A stretch of DNA of 63,965 nucleotides, filler included, from Dirinaria sp. TL-2023a (lineage: Eukaryota): NCBI GenBank assembly GCA_051941275.1. It is 3 parts of 3 records of this genome, joined end to end, with 100 filler letters (N's around TTAATTAATTAA, not from the genome) between each part and the next. Parts side by side here need not be neighbours in the genome. Positions count along the whole stretch, not along the records: positions 22,739 to 45,352 come from JAVEBF010000220.1; positions 45,453 to 63,965 come from JAVEBF010000381.1; 1 more part is not named here. One strand, 5' to 3'. Each line of letters opens with the position of its first letter. Within the stretch, counting starts at the first letter, position 1. Made by a program: the position numbers and the translations under genes. This document shows positions 34,288 through 47,136 of this stretch, piece after piece. Under the pieces are notes generated by a model. That model was not told where the DNA came from, searched no databases, and saw only the letters and a program-made list of their open reading frames with translations.

Positions 34288-37200
34288 ACGCGCTTGATTG
34301 CCTCCCTCTTGCCATCTACGACTAGACTTGATCTAAAAACTCGGCGTTGTTGTTTGGTATGCGAACTGCCTTCAAACAATGGCAGCTATCTTCTCTATGA
34401 TGGACTTGCACTTCTAGACTCAGGATAGATTGTGCAGATCCCCTATCAGGCTTATTACCTTGAAAATCAAATATGTTGGACTTATGCCACCAGTATAAAG
34501 TGAATATGGGTAAGATATTATGTCATGAGTGGTAATGGAAGTATCTAAGAGCAGTGTTGAACAAGTTTTGTGTAGAGATGTTGCATTCATCTGCAAGCCT
34601 GTTGCAAGATACACTGATTCAAGTTTTCGATTGATATCGAGCGTTTAGTGTTTCTCCTGGAACAAATACCTATTCCTTTGACCCTGTTACATTTCAACTT
34701 TCGAGACTGGGACTTGTACGACCTTGTTCCAGAATCGGAAATTAATGTAAGGTTAATGTGTTCAATGGGTTAGCAACGAGGATGTTGGGTGGGTTCCGAA
34801 TCGCAGACTGAAAGCCATGACGACGAGGTTAAATTCTCGCTCTTTGAGGGTCAGAAGACGTATTTTAGCGCATGATTTGTTCCTGAGTCCGTACAGTTCC
34901 AATCGAGTCCAGATGGCATATTAGAACTTGCTTCTCCCAATCGCCAATAGAAAAAGTGCCGTCTCAGCTTCTTTGGTTGGCGAGAAAGCCGTATTCAGCG
35001 CTGCAAGGGTAAAAGCGCTCTGTTAATCCACAAGTAGTGCCCCAAGAAAGAGTCACTGGCTTTTCGCAGATGAATTACGCGTAGACGACCTGAGAGGGTA
35101 TGTTTTGATGTTGAGGTATGATCGACTTGTGGCGGGACTTTTATTTCGTCCAATCGCCATCTTGTACGCATATAGAAGAGACACATCAGCGATTGTGGGC
35201 GTCCAGGCATGTCCTTTAGCACCTTCTCGATGTGTCAACTCGTGAGGCGAGACTTCCGGTAAAATTGGCAGGCAATTTGTGGAGATGTTGAGGAAGATGC
35301 AGAACTTCCCTATCATCTCCTAGGCCACCGGGCAGAATTGCGAGCCCTTTGCTGATATTCAGTAGAGTCCTGAATTCGTGCGTCTCTCTCACCAGTATGG
35401 AGGATAGAAGGCGTACCTGATCAGTGGCTGCCTACTTGGACGTTATGGCCAAACGTGGTTAGCGCAGTGACTTCTACTCAACTCGCCATCAAGTACTCCT
35501 TTTCAACCCTTTCGATACGTTCAGTCGGTGGTTGAGAGGTGCTAGAGAAGCGGTGTTGCCCGTCGTGGTTACCAACTGCCATGTTGGAGTTGCTCCAGAA
35601 GATCTATGCCTCGCCAGATTCACTTAGCCACAGATCTCGCCATGATCGATGCACAGCGATTTTCCCCATCAAGGCACACCTTTCCTGCTTAGCATCATTG
35701 ATGCCATGTAAGTGCCTCACGCCACTTTGCACGTTATCTCCGGAAAAGGGCTTTCTCATGGCTGCGGAACAGCAATTCAAGAGCAACCGTACTGCGCAAA
35801 CCGGCACTAAGTGATTTTAGAGTGATCTCTACACACATCACTGATGAGCACGAACAATTAGCTTTAAGCAGGAAGACCTTTGGCGAGCTCGAGAGAATCT
35901 TGCTCGTTCGCGGCGTCTCTATTCGTCACTGCTTTGCGAGTTCAATCACAGCACTTGCCCGTTTACGCCTTGCGGATCTCATTTAGACTTCATCGACCGA
36001 ATTAATCAGCCTCGACGCAGCAAGAAGCGGTGAAACTGAAAGAGTTGGTGATCGTGTCGCACAGTCAGAGCGATGCTAGCTCCAAGGTGAGTTTACTATC
36101 GGGTGGCCAAGTGAGTGACCTGAACACGGGTTCAGGTCCTTTTGGCTGTCTGCATACCTCATATGAACAGGTTTGACCGTGATATAGGACCTCCGACAAC
36201 CGTGACACGGACAGTGAGCCACACTGACGAAAAAGTTTAAGGTACTCATATACTTTATATGGTAGTCTGGAAGCGTGTGAAGATATCGATGAGACAAACG
36301 AATGCGGTTGGTAATATACATGTATATTGACATCTGGCTGCTATGAGACTTGGGCCAGGTCCTCGTGATTATGAACTCCTTTTGGATAGGTGACATCTGG
36401 ACTTCCTGGCGGTTGGAGAGCTAGCTCAACCGAGCCGCTGGCCAAAGGTCGAAAGTTGCTATCGTAAAGGCGTCACCCCTAAAGAGACCATGCTTGCTTA
36501 CGAGCGCGAAGTGGAATTCGATCCGAGCCACAGTATACTCGAGATTGTCTCCTGACAGAATCGACGTCATATGTAATGATAAAGATTCAGATTGGGAATA
36601 CGCCCACGCCGTGCGTCGACTTCTATCTATCGACCAAAGACGAGCACACTACATCGGAGTGAAGAAGGTTCTCAAGGGAGATGACTTATCAGATGACATA
36701 ATTTTCTTCTATCAATGGCGGAAGCGAGTTTCGCACTGGGTTGACCACGCGGATTGAAGCAGATCCTTTCGATCGCTTTACCGGCCAACGGAAGACTAAC
36801 AAAAGAGCGACCTCAAGACCACCTCAACCTATTGTACGGTCTTCCTCACTGAAAGCTAAAGACATCGCTCCCAGACCTGGCGATGATCAGGATCAGGCTA
36901 CCATAATGCGGAGGACATCAAGGAGCTTCCATCTAGTCCAGATAACATTGTCCGTAAACAACGAATTCAGCCGCTTCATTTCCGACTCGAAGCGCAGTAA
37001 AAGGTTGGGGAGTTGTGCAGTCGACGGCCTTTTATGACTATGGACTCGGCGCCATCGAGGCAAGGAGGTGAAATGTTGCGAGGACAAAGCAGCGGCCGAA
37101 TTGCTCCGAGGAATTAACTTCATGGAACTGTGGGGGACAGGCTTTGCGAATCTTGCGCATGTCTGTTCGCGTGCGAACTGCCGTCTAAGCTCGATATCGC

Positions 37201-38879
37201 ATGCCAGAACCTCTTTCTGGATCTTCTGCCATCCGCATTCCCTTGACGCTTGATCTTGACGCAAAGTTCTCAGGCCAGTCCTTGCACTGGTTCCAGACTT
37301 ATTATGCACCCCAGACGGCAGCCAAGAGCGGCTACTTACTGTCGGGCGACAATGTGTTCGCGCGGAAGTCAATTGATGAGCGGAAGCGTAAAAGTATCTC
37401 GGACCTGCAGCCGCCAACGGTGTCGCTTGTAGAGTACCTTAGAGCTTGCACAGGACAGTGCACTTTTGACGCGCGAAATAGACCCAACGCCCCTGCATGA
37501 TGCGAGTCACCGCATGATCGAGCAAGAAGTACCCTCTAAACCTCTACTTGTAGGCTTGTGCGACGAATATTTTGGCGGTGCCTTTTGGGAGCTTGGCAGC
37601 AGGAAATGATCCAATCTTCAAGGTGGATGTTGTAACCGCTGGTGGGGTAGAAGTCGAAGTACCTTGGTACCTTTACCACATTAGGACAGAAAAGGTGATG
37701 CGGCTGGCTGATTACATTCGCTAAGCTCTGATTGGTCGAGGCCGTTACTGTCCCTCAAACCTTCACGCACGAGCCAAAGAAACATCTTCCCCCCAAGGCT
37801 AAAGCAGCTACTTGACTTTACTTCGTCTTTGTGATCTTGAAAGAATCCACAATTCAGAATCCATATCGTCCGTATATTTTCTTTATACAGACTTCTAATC
37901 AAGTACTGTACCTCAAGAACCTTGAAGAGAGCCTCCCCAGTGTTGTCACCGTTCGGGCCTCCAACCACTCTTTGAACAAGGATCGCAACAGTAGAAGAAG
38001 AGTGTCCCTGCATTATTCTGTCTTTGTGCTTTTGAACCCCGGAATCGACACCCCTGCATCCAAGCAAGCTTTCAAGCCTGAAGCGTCTCCATAGTCGACA
38101 AGAGTGACTTCCGTACTATCATTCAGATCTTGAGCAAGGGTTCAAACTTAAGCCAAATTAAGGCTAGAGCAAGATTGTCCCCGATTCTCACATTTCAGTC
38201 TTTGAGCGACTCCTTGTCATTAGACTGGCAAGATTAATCCGAAGGCTCGGAGCTTCAGATCAAATCTTCTTCTCATCACAAAACAACCCCGTAAGAGAAC
38301 AAGAGCGTCGCCGGTTTACTCATTGCAACCTCGACCAACGACTGATCCTGAAAGGGTGTCAACGACAGAACAATAGTGTCGTCGGTAGTCTCGGAAGTCC
38401 GTCCTTGGGCTGTTTCTGGTCATCAAGAGAGCAGGGCGAACACAAATACTTCGCGTTTCCAGGTCGAATCTTTTCTGACCCCAGCGTGTGTCGACAGTAG
38501 AACAGCATCTTCGGTGCTTTAGTTTGGACCTGGAATGCTAGAGACCCGTCAATCCACCCTTGATTTCTGATCATAGCTGGCCTCCAAAAATGTAAGCCCG
38601 GTGGAAACGAGAGGCCCAGCCAGGTATCAATGAGCTGACAGCGTGCTGCAGAGGCCCTGACGTCTGTCCTACTTGAGTCAAGCTAGAAAGCTTAAGCAAG
38701 GGCTTTCCGCTGAAGCACGCCAGCGACAGGACGAGTGTTCATCCAAGATCCCGTCGTGGTAAACTGAGTACACCACAAATCCGGTTCAAATCGCGCACCC
38801 TCATCACCCATTCTTTGAGCAAGTCTCACTCCCAAAGCACTTCCGCCACGCCATACCAAATTCAAAGCGTCCATTCAAA

Positions 38880-39922
38880 ATGATTTTTACGCTTCTAAAG
38901 GCTATCATCAGCCCGATATCTTCGCGTCGCGCTAAGAACACTCCACCAGGTATGTTGCCGGCGGAACGAGATAGGTGCGACTGATGGATGGCTGACCAGA
39001 CTCATGATAGTCTTAGCGGCCGGATCTTCCACCTTCGAACTGAAAGATGGCGATATGGGATACAGCTCCACAAGCAGCGTTACGGGAAGCGATATCGAAG
39101 CTCAACGTCCGAACCCGGAATCCGCCCAAGAAGGTCCCCAGAGGAAGAAGCCATGGTCATTTATAACACGGTGGAAACCCAGTGCTAAGATTATCAAAGA
39201 TGCTACCATCGGCTTGTCCGATGGTATGACGGTACCCTTCGCCCTGATGGCAGGACTTACGACGCTTAAGTCGAAACATGTTGTAGTACTTGGTGGCGCG
39301 GCAGAGCTTGTCGCGGGCACCATATCAATGGCTATTGGCGGGTTCCTCGGCGAGAGAGCCGAGAAGTAAGATACAGAGAATATATCTTGGATATAGCAAG
39401 AGCTGACAGTCATGTAGGAAAGATTATAATGCTGCTGAGGCCGAGACCAAGAAAATCATCGAGGAGGGACGGGCGCTGGACATCATAATTAGCCTGTTCG
39501 AACCTTATGGAGTGACCGCAGCCGTGGCCGGTCAGATCTACGCACAGCTGAGCTCCAAGCCCCACGGTATCCGCGACTATATACTGAAAAACCGATCCGG
39601 GGTCTCAAAACCCAGTGCTTCCGCGGCTTGGAAGTCCGCGCTGACAATTGGCCTGGGATACGCATTTGGGGGTCTTCTACCCCTGATCCCATACTTTTTC
39701 GTTGGCGACGATGAAGTTATCACTGCTTTGGCAATCAGCGGCAGCATCATGGCTGTAGCCTTGTTCACGTTCGGGTATGCGAAGACAGCAGTAGTCGAAG
39801 GTTGGACTGGGAAGGACAACGTCAAGTCGGCCCTGATAGAAGGGCTGTACATGCTGGTGATCGGTGGCGCGGCCACAGGCCTCGCATTTGTCGTGACCCG
39901 GGCCATCAATCATGGATTTTGA
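38880..39922 (+). CDS. VIT1/CCC1 family vacuolar iron/manganese transporter, 3 exons
   Basis: IIKDATIGLSDGMTVPFALMAGL, GAAELVAGTISMAIGGFL, YAFGGLLPLIPYFF and ALFTFGYAK motifs. Introns 38950-39010 and about 39366-39417. Confidence 0.9.
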
Positions 39923-40492
39923 GAATCCTAGTTCGCCTAGATATTCATGGTCTAGAAAAGAAGTTGAGCAAGATTTCCACGGCCTTTGGGCCTCGATGAA
40001 GGTGTTCGGTGAACTCATCCAAAGAATAACTTGAATCCAGAGACCAATCGACTATCTATGCCCAGTCGGACACGACAGGCCGTTCTTATGCTCAGAGGAT
40101 CTCGAAGGTAGGCTCTATACGCTTAGTACAAGAGAATTAGGTAGCGATGCAATTAGGAGCTTGCTGCTAGCAAGCCTTCGGTCGATATTCGTTATGAACT
40201 TGAAAAGATGACTTACACTGACCGTTTCTATCATCCAAGCATATATTTTATATATGGAAAAGGATTTCATTGGCCATTCCTTTCGTCAAAACAATTTATA
40301 TACGGCAAGGGCTGCAACTTGGAATAAGTACTGCGAATATGATGGCTGATTAGGATGAAATGAAAAAGAAATGGGATGGAACTCAGTGAAGCAGTGCGGC
40401 ACTGACTCTGAGAGATCGGAAAGATGTTATATACGATTTGCAAGAACAAGTAGTCGTATATGGACTCCAAAGCTATTGGCGGAGATAGCGTT

Positions 40493-41101
40493 TCAGGAAC
40501 CGGTTATTTTTCCTTCTTTCACCATGGTCCTGGTATGGTCAATTGTCTGCTTGACTGTCTCTTTAGCCATTTTCCAAAGGCGATCGGAGGTCTCCTTCTC
40601 CTCTTTCGAATTCGGTTCAATGTTTGGAAAAGGCCACTCAAAGTAGAAGGTAAGGGATAGATCCGTCTCATCGTGGCCTTGTGACACGATGTTGCTAATG
40701 AAGGCTCCACTATCGAGGTTTTTGAAGTCTGCCTAGAAGCCAGCGGTATGTTGTTAGCCTGCTCAGGAAGTCTAAAGGGCGCCTCAGAGGACGCTTGCCT
40801 TCCATGGCTTCCGTAATGTAATGTCTTCTGTGGCGCTTCCTCCGGGTGGGCCCATGCCCTATTTTTTGTAAGCTGCAAGTTCATTCTCCTCCTTCATCTA
40901 TCGGACCTCCTTGAATATGACTGTCCTTTTGATGAATACTTCCGTCTCTTCCAGAACCTTGGAGCCAGATATCGCAGCTATGAAGAGCTCTGGCTTTCGG
41001 CATTTCAGGACTAATACTTCCCAGAGCTGAGAAGTAGTAAGGACGGGCTCCGCGCCTGGCGGGTTGATAGGAAAAGTCTGCGACTGGTATAGGATGACCA
41101 T
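40493..41101 (-). CDS. DUF1857/AtaL-like (SRPBCC/Bet v1 fold) protein, 3 exons
   Basis: TFPINPPGAEPVLTTSQLWEVLVLKCRKPELFIAAI...IKRTVIF, then ISNIVSQGHDETDLSLTFYFEW...AKETVKQTIDHTRTMVKEGKI*. Confidence 0.8.
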
Positions 41102-41658
41102 GATTGCGAGTGGGTAGGCTTGCAACCAATCTCTAGCTCTACACGAGTCGTGTGAGAGAAGGCGAAAAGAGGTTGATCTTAGCTATGAGAAGGTCGATGA
41201 CATGCACAAATACTAGATCCTGCCCGAAACTCAATAGAAGAGGATTTTTGGCTCGGATACAGACCGCAACAGGAATCAGTGCATGAAGGCAAAGGAGGCG
41301 ATCAAGGAAAAGTCAAGCAAAGCAGTACAGGAGAGAGTTCAAGCAATCAGTCTGATGTGGCAGCTTACGTGAGCTGTATGGCTGTAACTCCGAAGAATTC
41401 CCGCCGCGCCACTGTGGCGGAGTTCTCCTCCATTTGCATGGAACGAGACTAAGGTAGGTACAGTATGAAGAAGTGAGCTATCATTGAGAATTTCATAGTT
41501 GTACAAATGGCTTTCTTCAGTTCTAATGTCTACCCTGTTCAATTGACCCATATCTGTTCTCATAATGAAGCCCTGTCCGCCTTATATCTCATCTACTATC
41601 AACATGCTTTTTTGCATTATGTAGAGTTCTAAAGCGAAAACGTCTCGTTTGTAGCGCC

Positions 41659-44213
41659 ATGAGGAAGCTAGGTTGGCCGCTTTCCAGCTCTGGCAAGGAT
41701 TTTGCAACAATCACAAGGCTTGATCACACCTTGCGCAAGTGCATGGGCAGCAAGTGCCACTTTTCTACTGCCTTGGCAAAGAGAGAGTACGCAGATACAG
41801 TGCATCATCTCAAAATTGGCTCTGGTACTCGTGTGATTTTTCAAGGTTTCACTGGGCGTCAGGTTCAACGAGCGCTATTCTGATTGATCAAAATGCACGA
41901 CTAATTTGGTAGATTAGGCAACACAAGATGCTAAACAATCACTCGAGTACGGTACGAACATTGTCGGTGGTGTCAAACCTGATACCGATGGAGAGCATCT
42001 TGGGCTACCGGTCTTTCCAAATGTTCGTGCAGTACGTATCCACTCCTGGCCGGATACTTGAGCTATTAGCTTCTACCGGGCACAATTGAAACCCTATATA
42101 GGCCAAAGAAGCTTTAAACCCAGATGCGACCGCGGTCTATGTCGCAGCATCACGGGCAGCGGCAGCTATCGAAGAAGCAATAGCTGCCGAGATACCTCTG
42201 ATCGTTGCTGTAGCGGAACACATCCCACTGCATGACATGCTTCGAGTAGGATTGCATCTCAACACCAAGAATGTTCAATTAGTGATGCAATCCAGGTACA
42301 CGCAATCCTCCGAAGTCAGTCTGTCTCTCGTTTGGTGGGTGCGAACTCTCCAGGTATCATATCCCCGGCGAATAAGTGCCGGATTGGTTTTCATCCGCTT
42401 CCCGCTTTCATGCCTGGGAGCGTGGGAATCGTGGCAAAGTCAGGCACTCTAAGCTACGAGGCTGTAGCTTCTACGACACGAGTTGGGCTAGGCCAAAGCC
42501 TCGTCATCGGCATGGGAGGCGACATACTACCGGGTACAGACTTCGTAGACGCCCTACGCGTGTTTGAAATGGATGACGAAACGAAAGGCATCATTCTGAT
42601 TGGAGAAATTGGTGGTGGAGCCGAGGAGAAAGCCGCTCGATGGATTAAGGATTATCGGGAACGACACAAAACCCCAAAGTATGTGACTTGGCCGGTGCTT
42701 CAAGCTCGGGGCTAAATACAAGCAGACCCATAATGGCTCTCGTTGCTGGCATGCAAGCCGTCGCTGGTCGCATCATGGGCCATTCTGGCGCTTTTATTGG
42801 TCACCTTGACGGTGATGCCCAGCATAAATCAAACTGCCTTGCAGACGCAGGAGCGGTCCTAACAAACCATCCATCCAAATGCGGCACAGTAATGAGAGAA
42901 CTACTCGAAAAAAGCTCAACACGTGCGGTTGGTGCTGCCAAGCTGGCTCTTTCAGCCATTCAATATGCTATGCTAAAATTTCGTTCAGCCCAGTAGCGGA
43001 TCAGCTTCAGCGGTGTCTGCAGCCTTCCAGCCCTTTCGGAGACCCCTGCCGCCGTCATTGAAAGTCGGGAAACCATTGCGTCAGGACCGCAATTTCGTGA
43101 CCAATAGCAAAGGTCATGAACTTTTAAAAGAGATTGACCTTACAGAGTTTACAATGCTTGATACCCCAAAGCAATTATTCCTGGGGGTAAGCATCGACAG
43201 AGAAAATGTTTCGCCGCGTGTGTATGCGACGCTGGTTAGAAGCGAAAAGTATCCATATTTTGGTGCCGCAACTGCAAGTGCCATCGCTGGGATGTCAACG
43301 ATCGAATCTGAGCGTTACTCCCCGTGGTTTAAATGGGAGGATTCCAGCCAGCGCGAGATCAAGCGCGATCCTTCACTCAATGAGCCAATTCTGAAACTAC
43401 TTGCACTATTCTACAGCAGGGAGATGTATTTTTTGGAAACGTGGTGGACCCCAGAAGCTGAAGGACCAGGTTTGAAATGGATAATATCCAAGACAAGATT
43501 TGGCTTCGACGACTCGGCACACAAGAGTAGTAATCGACAAGAACATATACATCGTGGCATAAAACAGCTTGAGGCCATGGATCTGCAGGAGGCCATGGCC
43601 GAGAACCACGGCATTGTCTACATCAAGTAAGACAAATCTTGCTCCAGCTAAAAGCCAGCATTCCAATAATACATCTCTAGACTTCAGGGAGCCGGCACCA
43701 TCGGAACATTAGGCAAATGTACCGCTCCACCTGATTACTCTCCCCACTGACGATAGATACTCAGTAAATGGCGCCGGTCTCGCAATGAACACCAACGACG
43801 TCCTCACCTCTATGGGCGGCCCATGCTCCAACTTCCTCGACACGGGCGGCAAAGCGACTGCCGAGACGGTAAAAGCGTCCTTCCAAATAATCCTGCAGGA
43901 TCCGCGTGTGAGAACCATCTTCGTGAATATTTTCGGTGGACTCACGTTATGTGATATGATCGCCGAGGGGATCATGCTCGCGTATCGGGATCTGGGAATC
44001 CAAGTCCCAGTTGTGGTGCGGTTAAGGGGGACGAACGAGGAGATCGGGCAGAGGATGGTAAGTGAAGGTTTCACTTGTGATGTCGTACTTTGATGGGTCT
44101 GTTGCTTTTTACTGATGAACTCGTGGTTCTAGATTGAAGAGAGTGGATTGCCGCTCTATGCGTTTGATGATTTTGAGGAGGCGGCTCAGAAGGTGATTCA
44201 GTTATCTCAATGA
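41659..44213 (+). CDS. Fused succinyl-CoA synthetase-like alpha+beta protein (multi-exon)
   Basis: Alpha part: VIFQGFTG, EHIPLHD, GANSPGII, AKSGTLSYEA, GMGGD, IGEIGG and IMGHSGA (catalytic His). An in-frame splice (42928-42988) leads to beta-like SIDR, FGFDDSA, NGAGLAM, NFLDTGG, VNIFGG and VVRLRGTN. Stop at 44211-44213. Confidence 0.85.
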
Positions 44214-45352
44214 TGGGAACATGGGAAGCAGCTGCCATATTGCCTTATGTTTGTCTTATAGGAATAGATATCGAAACATTGACGACGCGTTAATAGAGGA
44301 TTTTTTAGAAAACAGTCACACTTTCAAGAACCTCAATGGCTAGAACGGAGAATCCAGAGTAGATGAATGAAGAGGCCGTCTTCACACACCAAAACAAAGA
44401 AAAGAAAAAAAAAAAAAAAAAAAAAAGGTAGAGAAAGAACCCACAGTACTTCAAAGGCCACTTCCTACTCAATCAAAATACAGAAAATAAAATCTAGAAT
44501 ATGAAAGAGAAAAAGAAAGGATTATTTGAGCTACTGTTTTTTATTTAGAGGGGTGGACAATTACCTTCAGAATTCGCAAACGCAAGCCAAGCTTAATTAA
44601 GGTAATATAAGGGCTGAAGGAGGGTTATGTCCCATGTAAGTGGAATGAAGGGGGGGGGGAACCCTCGGGCATGAGAATGATTGGGCAGTGCAGAATACCC
44701 TCTGCCCGCTTACTGTCGAAAGAACGACGCTAGGTCGCCACGAACAGACCGCCGACTTACAGACCACTCGGTTTCACCTACCTTACCTTCCTTTCTTATC
44801 AGAATTAGAATTACAGAAAATATTCCCGCCCCATCAAAATGTCTTCCATCGCCATTAAATAATCTACTTCTTCTAATCGTTCTACATGCATCGATTCAGG
44901 AGATGAATTCTGAGATATATTTTTTCAAAAGAAAATGATATAGGTGATTATTTTGCTGTGAGAGAAGCAATATCAATGCATAGACTGCTTCAATGACTAT
45001 TTCGATTATTAGAATTGTTTTTTTGTTTAGATTGATGATGATTTTGGAAATTGATGATTCTTGGATAGGGGGGGAGAGGTGGATTGTTTGGTGGTGATGA
45101 TGGGAAGCAAGGGGAGATTTTTTGATGGGGTGAGGATATTCTCTGGAACTTTAATCCTGAGAAGAAAGTAAGGTAGGTGGATGAGAGTAGCCTTAACTCT
45201 GGCACCTTGATGCAATGAAGGCTACCCTCTCACTTGACCTAAGCCTGTCTATTGTCTAAATCAAGAACTCAAAGAAATAATAGCATTGATCTATCTTGTA
45301 TCAGCTTCTTCTTATACAATTTAGTAAACTCGACTTCGCCTAAATTGTGCAG

Positions 45353-45452
45353 NNNNNNNNNNNNNNNNNNNNNNNNNNNNNNNNNNNNNNNNNNNNTTAA
45401 TTAATTAANNNNNNNNNNNNNNNNNNNNNNNNNNNNNNNNNNNNNNNNNNNN
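45353..45452. other. Artificial contig spacer (N44-TTAATTAATTAA-N44)
   Basis: Same structure as 22639-22738. Confidence 0.97.
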
Positions 45453-45471
45453 GCGCAGCACCGCCAGTAAA

Positions 45472-46687
45472 ATGCCTTTCCTCTCCTCATTTTCCTCCCC
45501 ATCTTCCTCCCGCAGCGCATCCCCAGCCCCCCCAGTCGACACCTACGAACCCAGACCAGCCCGAATCTACGACCGCGTCGAACGGGTCGAGAAATCCATC
45601 GCGGAACTTCACAGAGCGCAGGAGCGGGCGATGGCGCTTTTTGAAGGGTACAAGGACGACCATACGGGGATCGAGGATAGACTTGATATTGTAAGCCAAA
45701 TAGCCCCCTCCACAAACCCACAAACCTCCAACACCAGAAAGAGAGAGAAAGAAAAGTAAACAATAGACTTCGTAAGAACTTCTGAATGGTTGAAAGTAAT
45801 ATGAAGGAGTATGAGCAGAGCCGATCTTAAGATTGCGGATGGCTGATTTTTTCTTTTTTTTACAGATCACGGAATTCCTGGGCATCCACTCGCCGAGGGT
45901 GTTGCGTGACAAGAGGCAAAGAGAGGCACAAGAAAGACTCGATAATCTTCGTGACGTGCCGAAACCACCACCACCTACAGCGGCGATCCCGGCCTTCTTC
46001 TCGCTCGGTCCTCCCGGATCAGACTCGGAGGACTCCGATGTCCCCACTTTAGAACACAGCGACGCCGAATCCACGGAGTCACCGCTGCGCAAAGCGACAC
46101 GGACGCTGACGACCGCGTCCGAGCGGACACTCACTCCCAAGATTGATGATAAGAAGCAGCGCAAGGACGACTCTGAGCTGCGGAACCAGAAGAGACCCGA
46201 GAACGAAGAAGCGAAACAAGAAGAAAATCCCCTCAAAGCGCCCCCGATGCCAGACCAAGAACCAAGGCGAGGTCGCAGCAGGATGCGAGAATCATCACCC
46301 GCTGCTTCTCCAGCTTCCGCTCCTCACAGCCCGAAGCCATCGAAACATATTTCCTTCATCAACTTACTGCCGCTGCACCACAAGAAGTCCGCCAGCGCCT
46401 CCGACTTGGTGGCCACCGCCCAGCATGCCAGTACTAGCCTCGCCAGCCCGGAGGGATCGCCGAACTCAAGCTCGTCGGATCTGAAGGCAATGGGTGGTAC
46501 GCCGGCAGAGGAAAGGCGATCGCGCAGTGCGATCAATCTGAGAGGGCTGACGGAAGGAATGAGCCATTTCCATCTTGGAGAGACGGACCCTAAGAGGATG
46601 CGCACGGTGGATGCGACGTTGGCTAATACGATGGTGTTTGGTGGGTTGAAGAAGGGGAAGGAAGGCAGTGAGGAAGGGTCATCGTGA
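45472..46687 (+). CDS. Hypothetical low-complexity protein (intron 45691-45865)
   Basis: ORFs of 95 and 284 aa join in frame (IEDRLDI|ITEFLGIHSPR) via GTAAGC...GCTGAT...CAG. Confidence 0.6.
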
Positions 46688-47136
46688 ATCTTGGACTCTT
46701 ATGTGAGGTATTGCGGCTGATCCTATCTTGGGAGTTTTAATCGTAAGGTGCAAATTAATACACGTTCTGCTCGCCTAAACTTGTTGAACATGAGCATCTG
46801 TCTGATCGACTGTCTTTGAAAGAGCGAGGGAGCTCCTCAAGGAAGACTCAAAGGGATCTTCGAGTTCGCATGATTGAAACCATGAAGCTTGAGGTAAAAT
46901 CTTTGAGCGCGACTTGTATTTTATCGAAGGAGAACACCGGCCATTGCCGCATACGCTAATACACAGACTCGAAAAGTGTGTCAAGGATCCGAGCCGATTG
47001 ATTTTGTTTTATCGAATTCCACACCAACGAATGCCCCGAACAATGCAGAATGCCAAATGCCATACAAGTTTTATCCTAAAAATATAGTATATAGCGTCGG
47101 TGAGGAAGAGAGGTAAGTAGAGCGGCCCTGCCAATG

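Noticed and set aside
38880..44213. VIT1 + AtaL + SCS fusion as a secondary-metabolite cluster
   Set aside because: No NRPS/PKS backbone, tailoring set or regulator is present; the linkage may be incidental.
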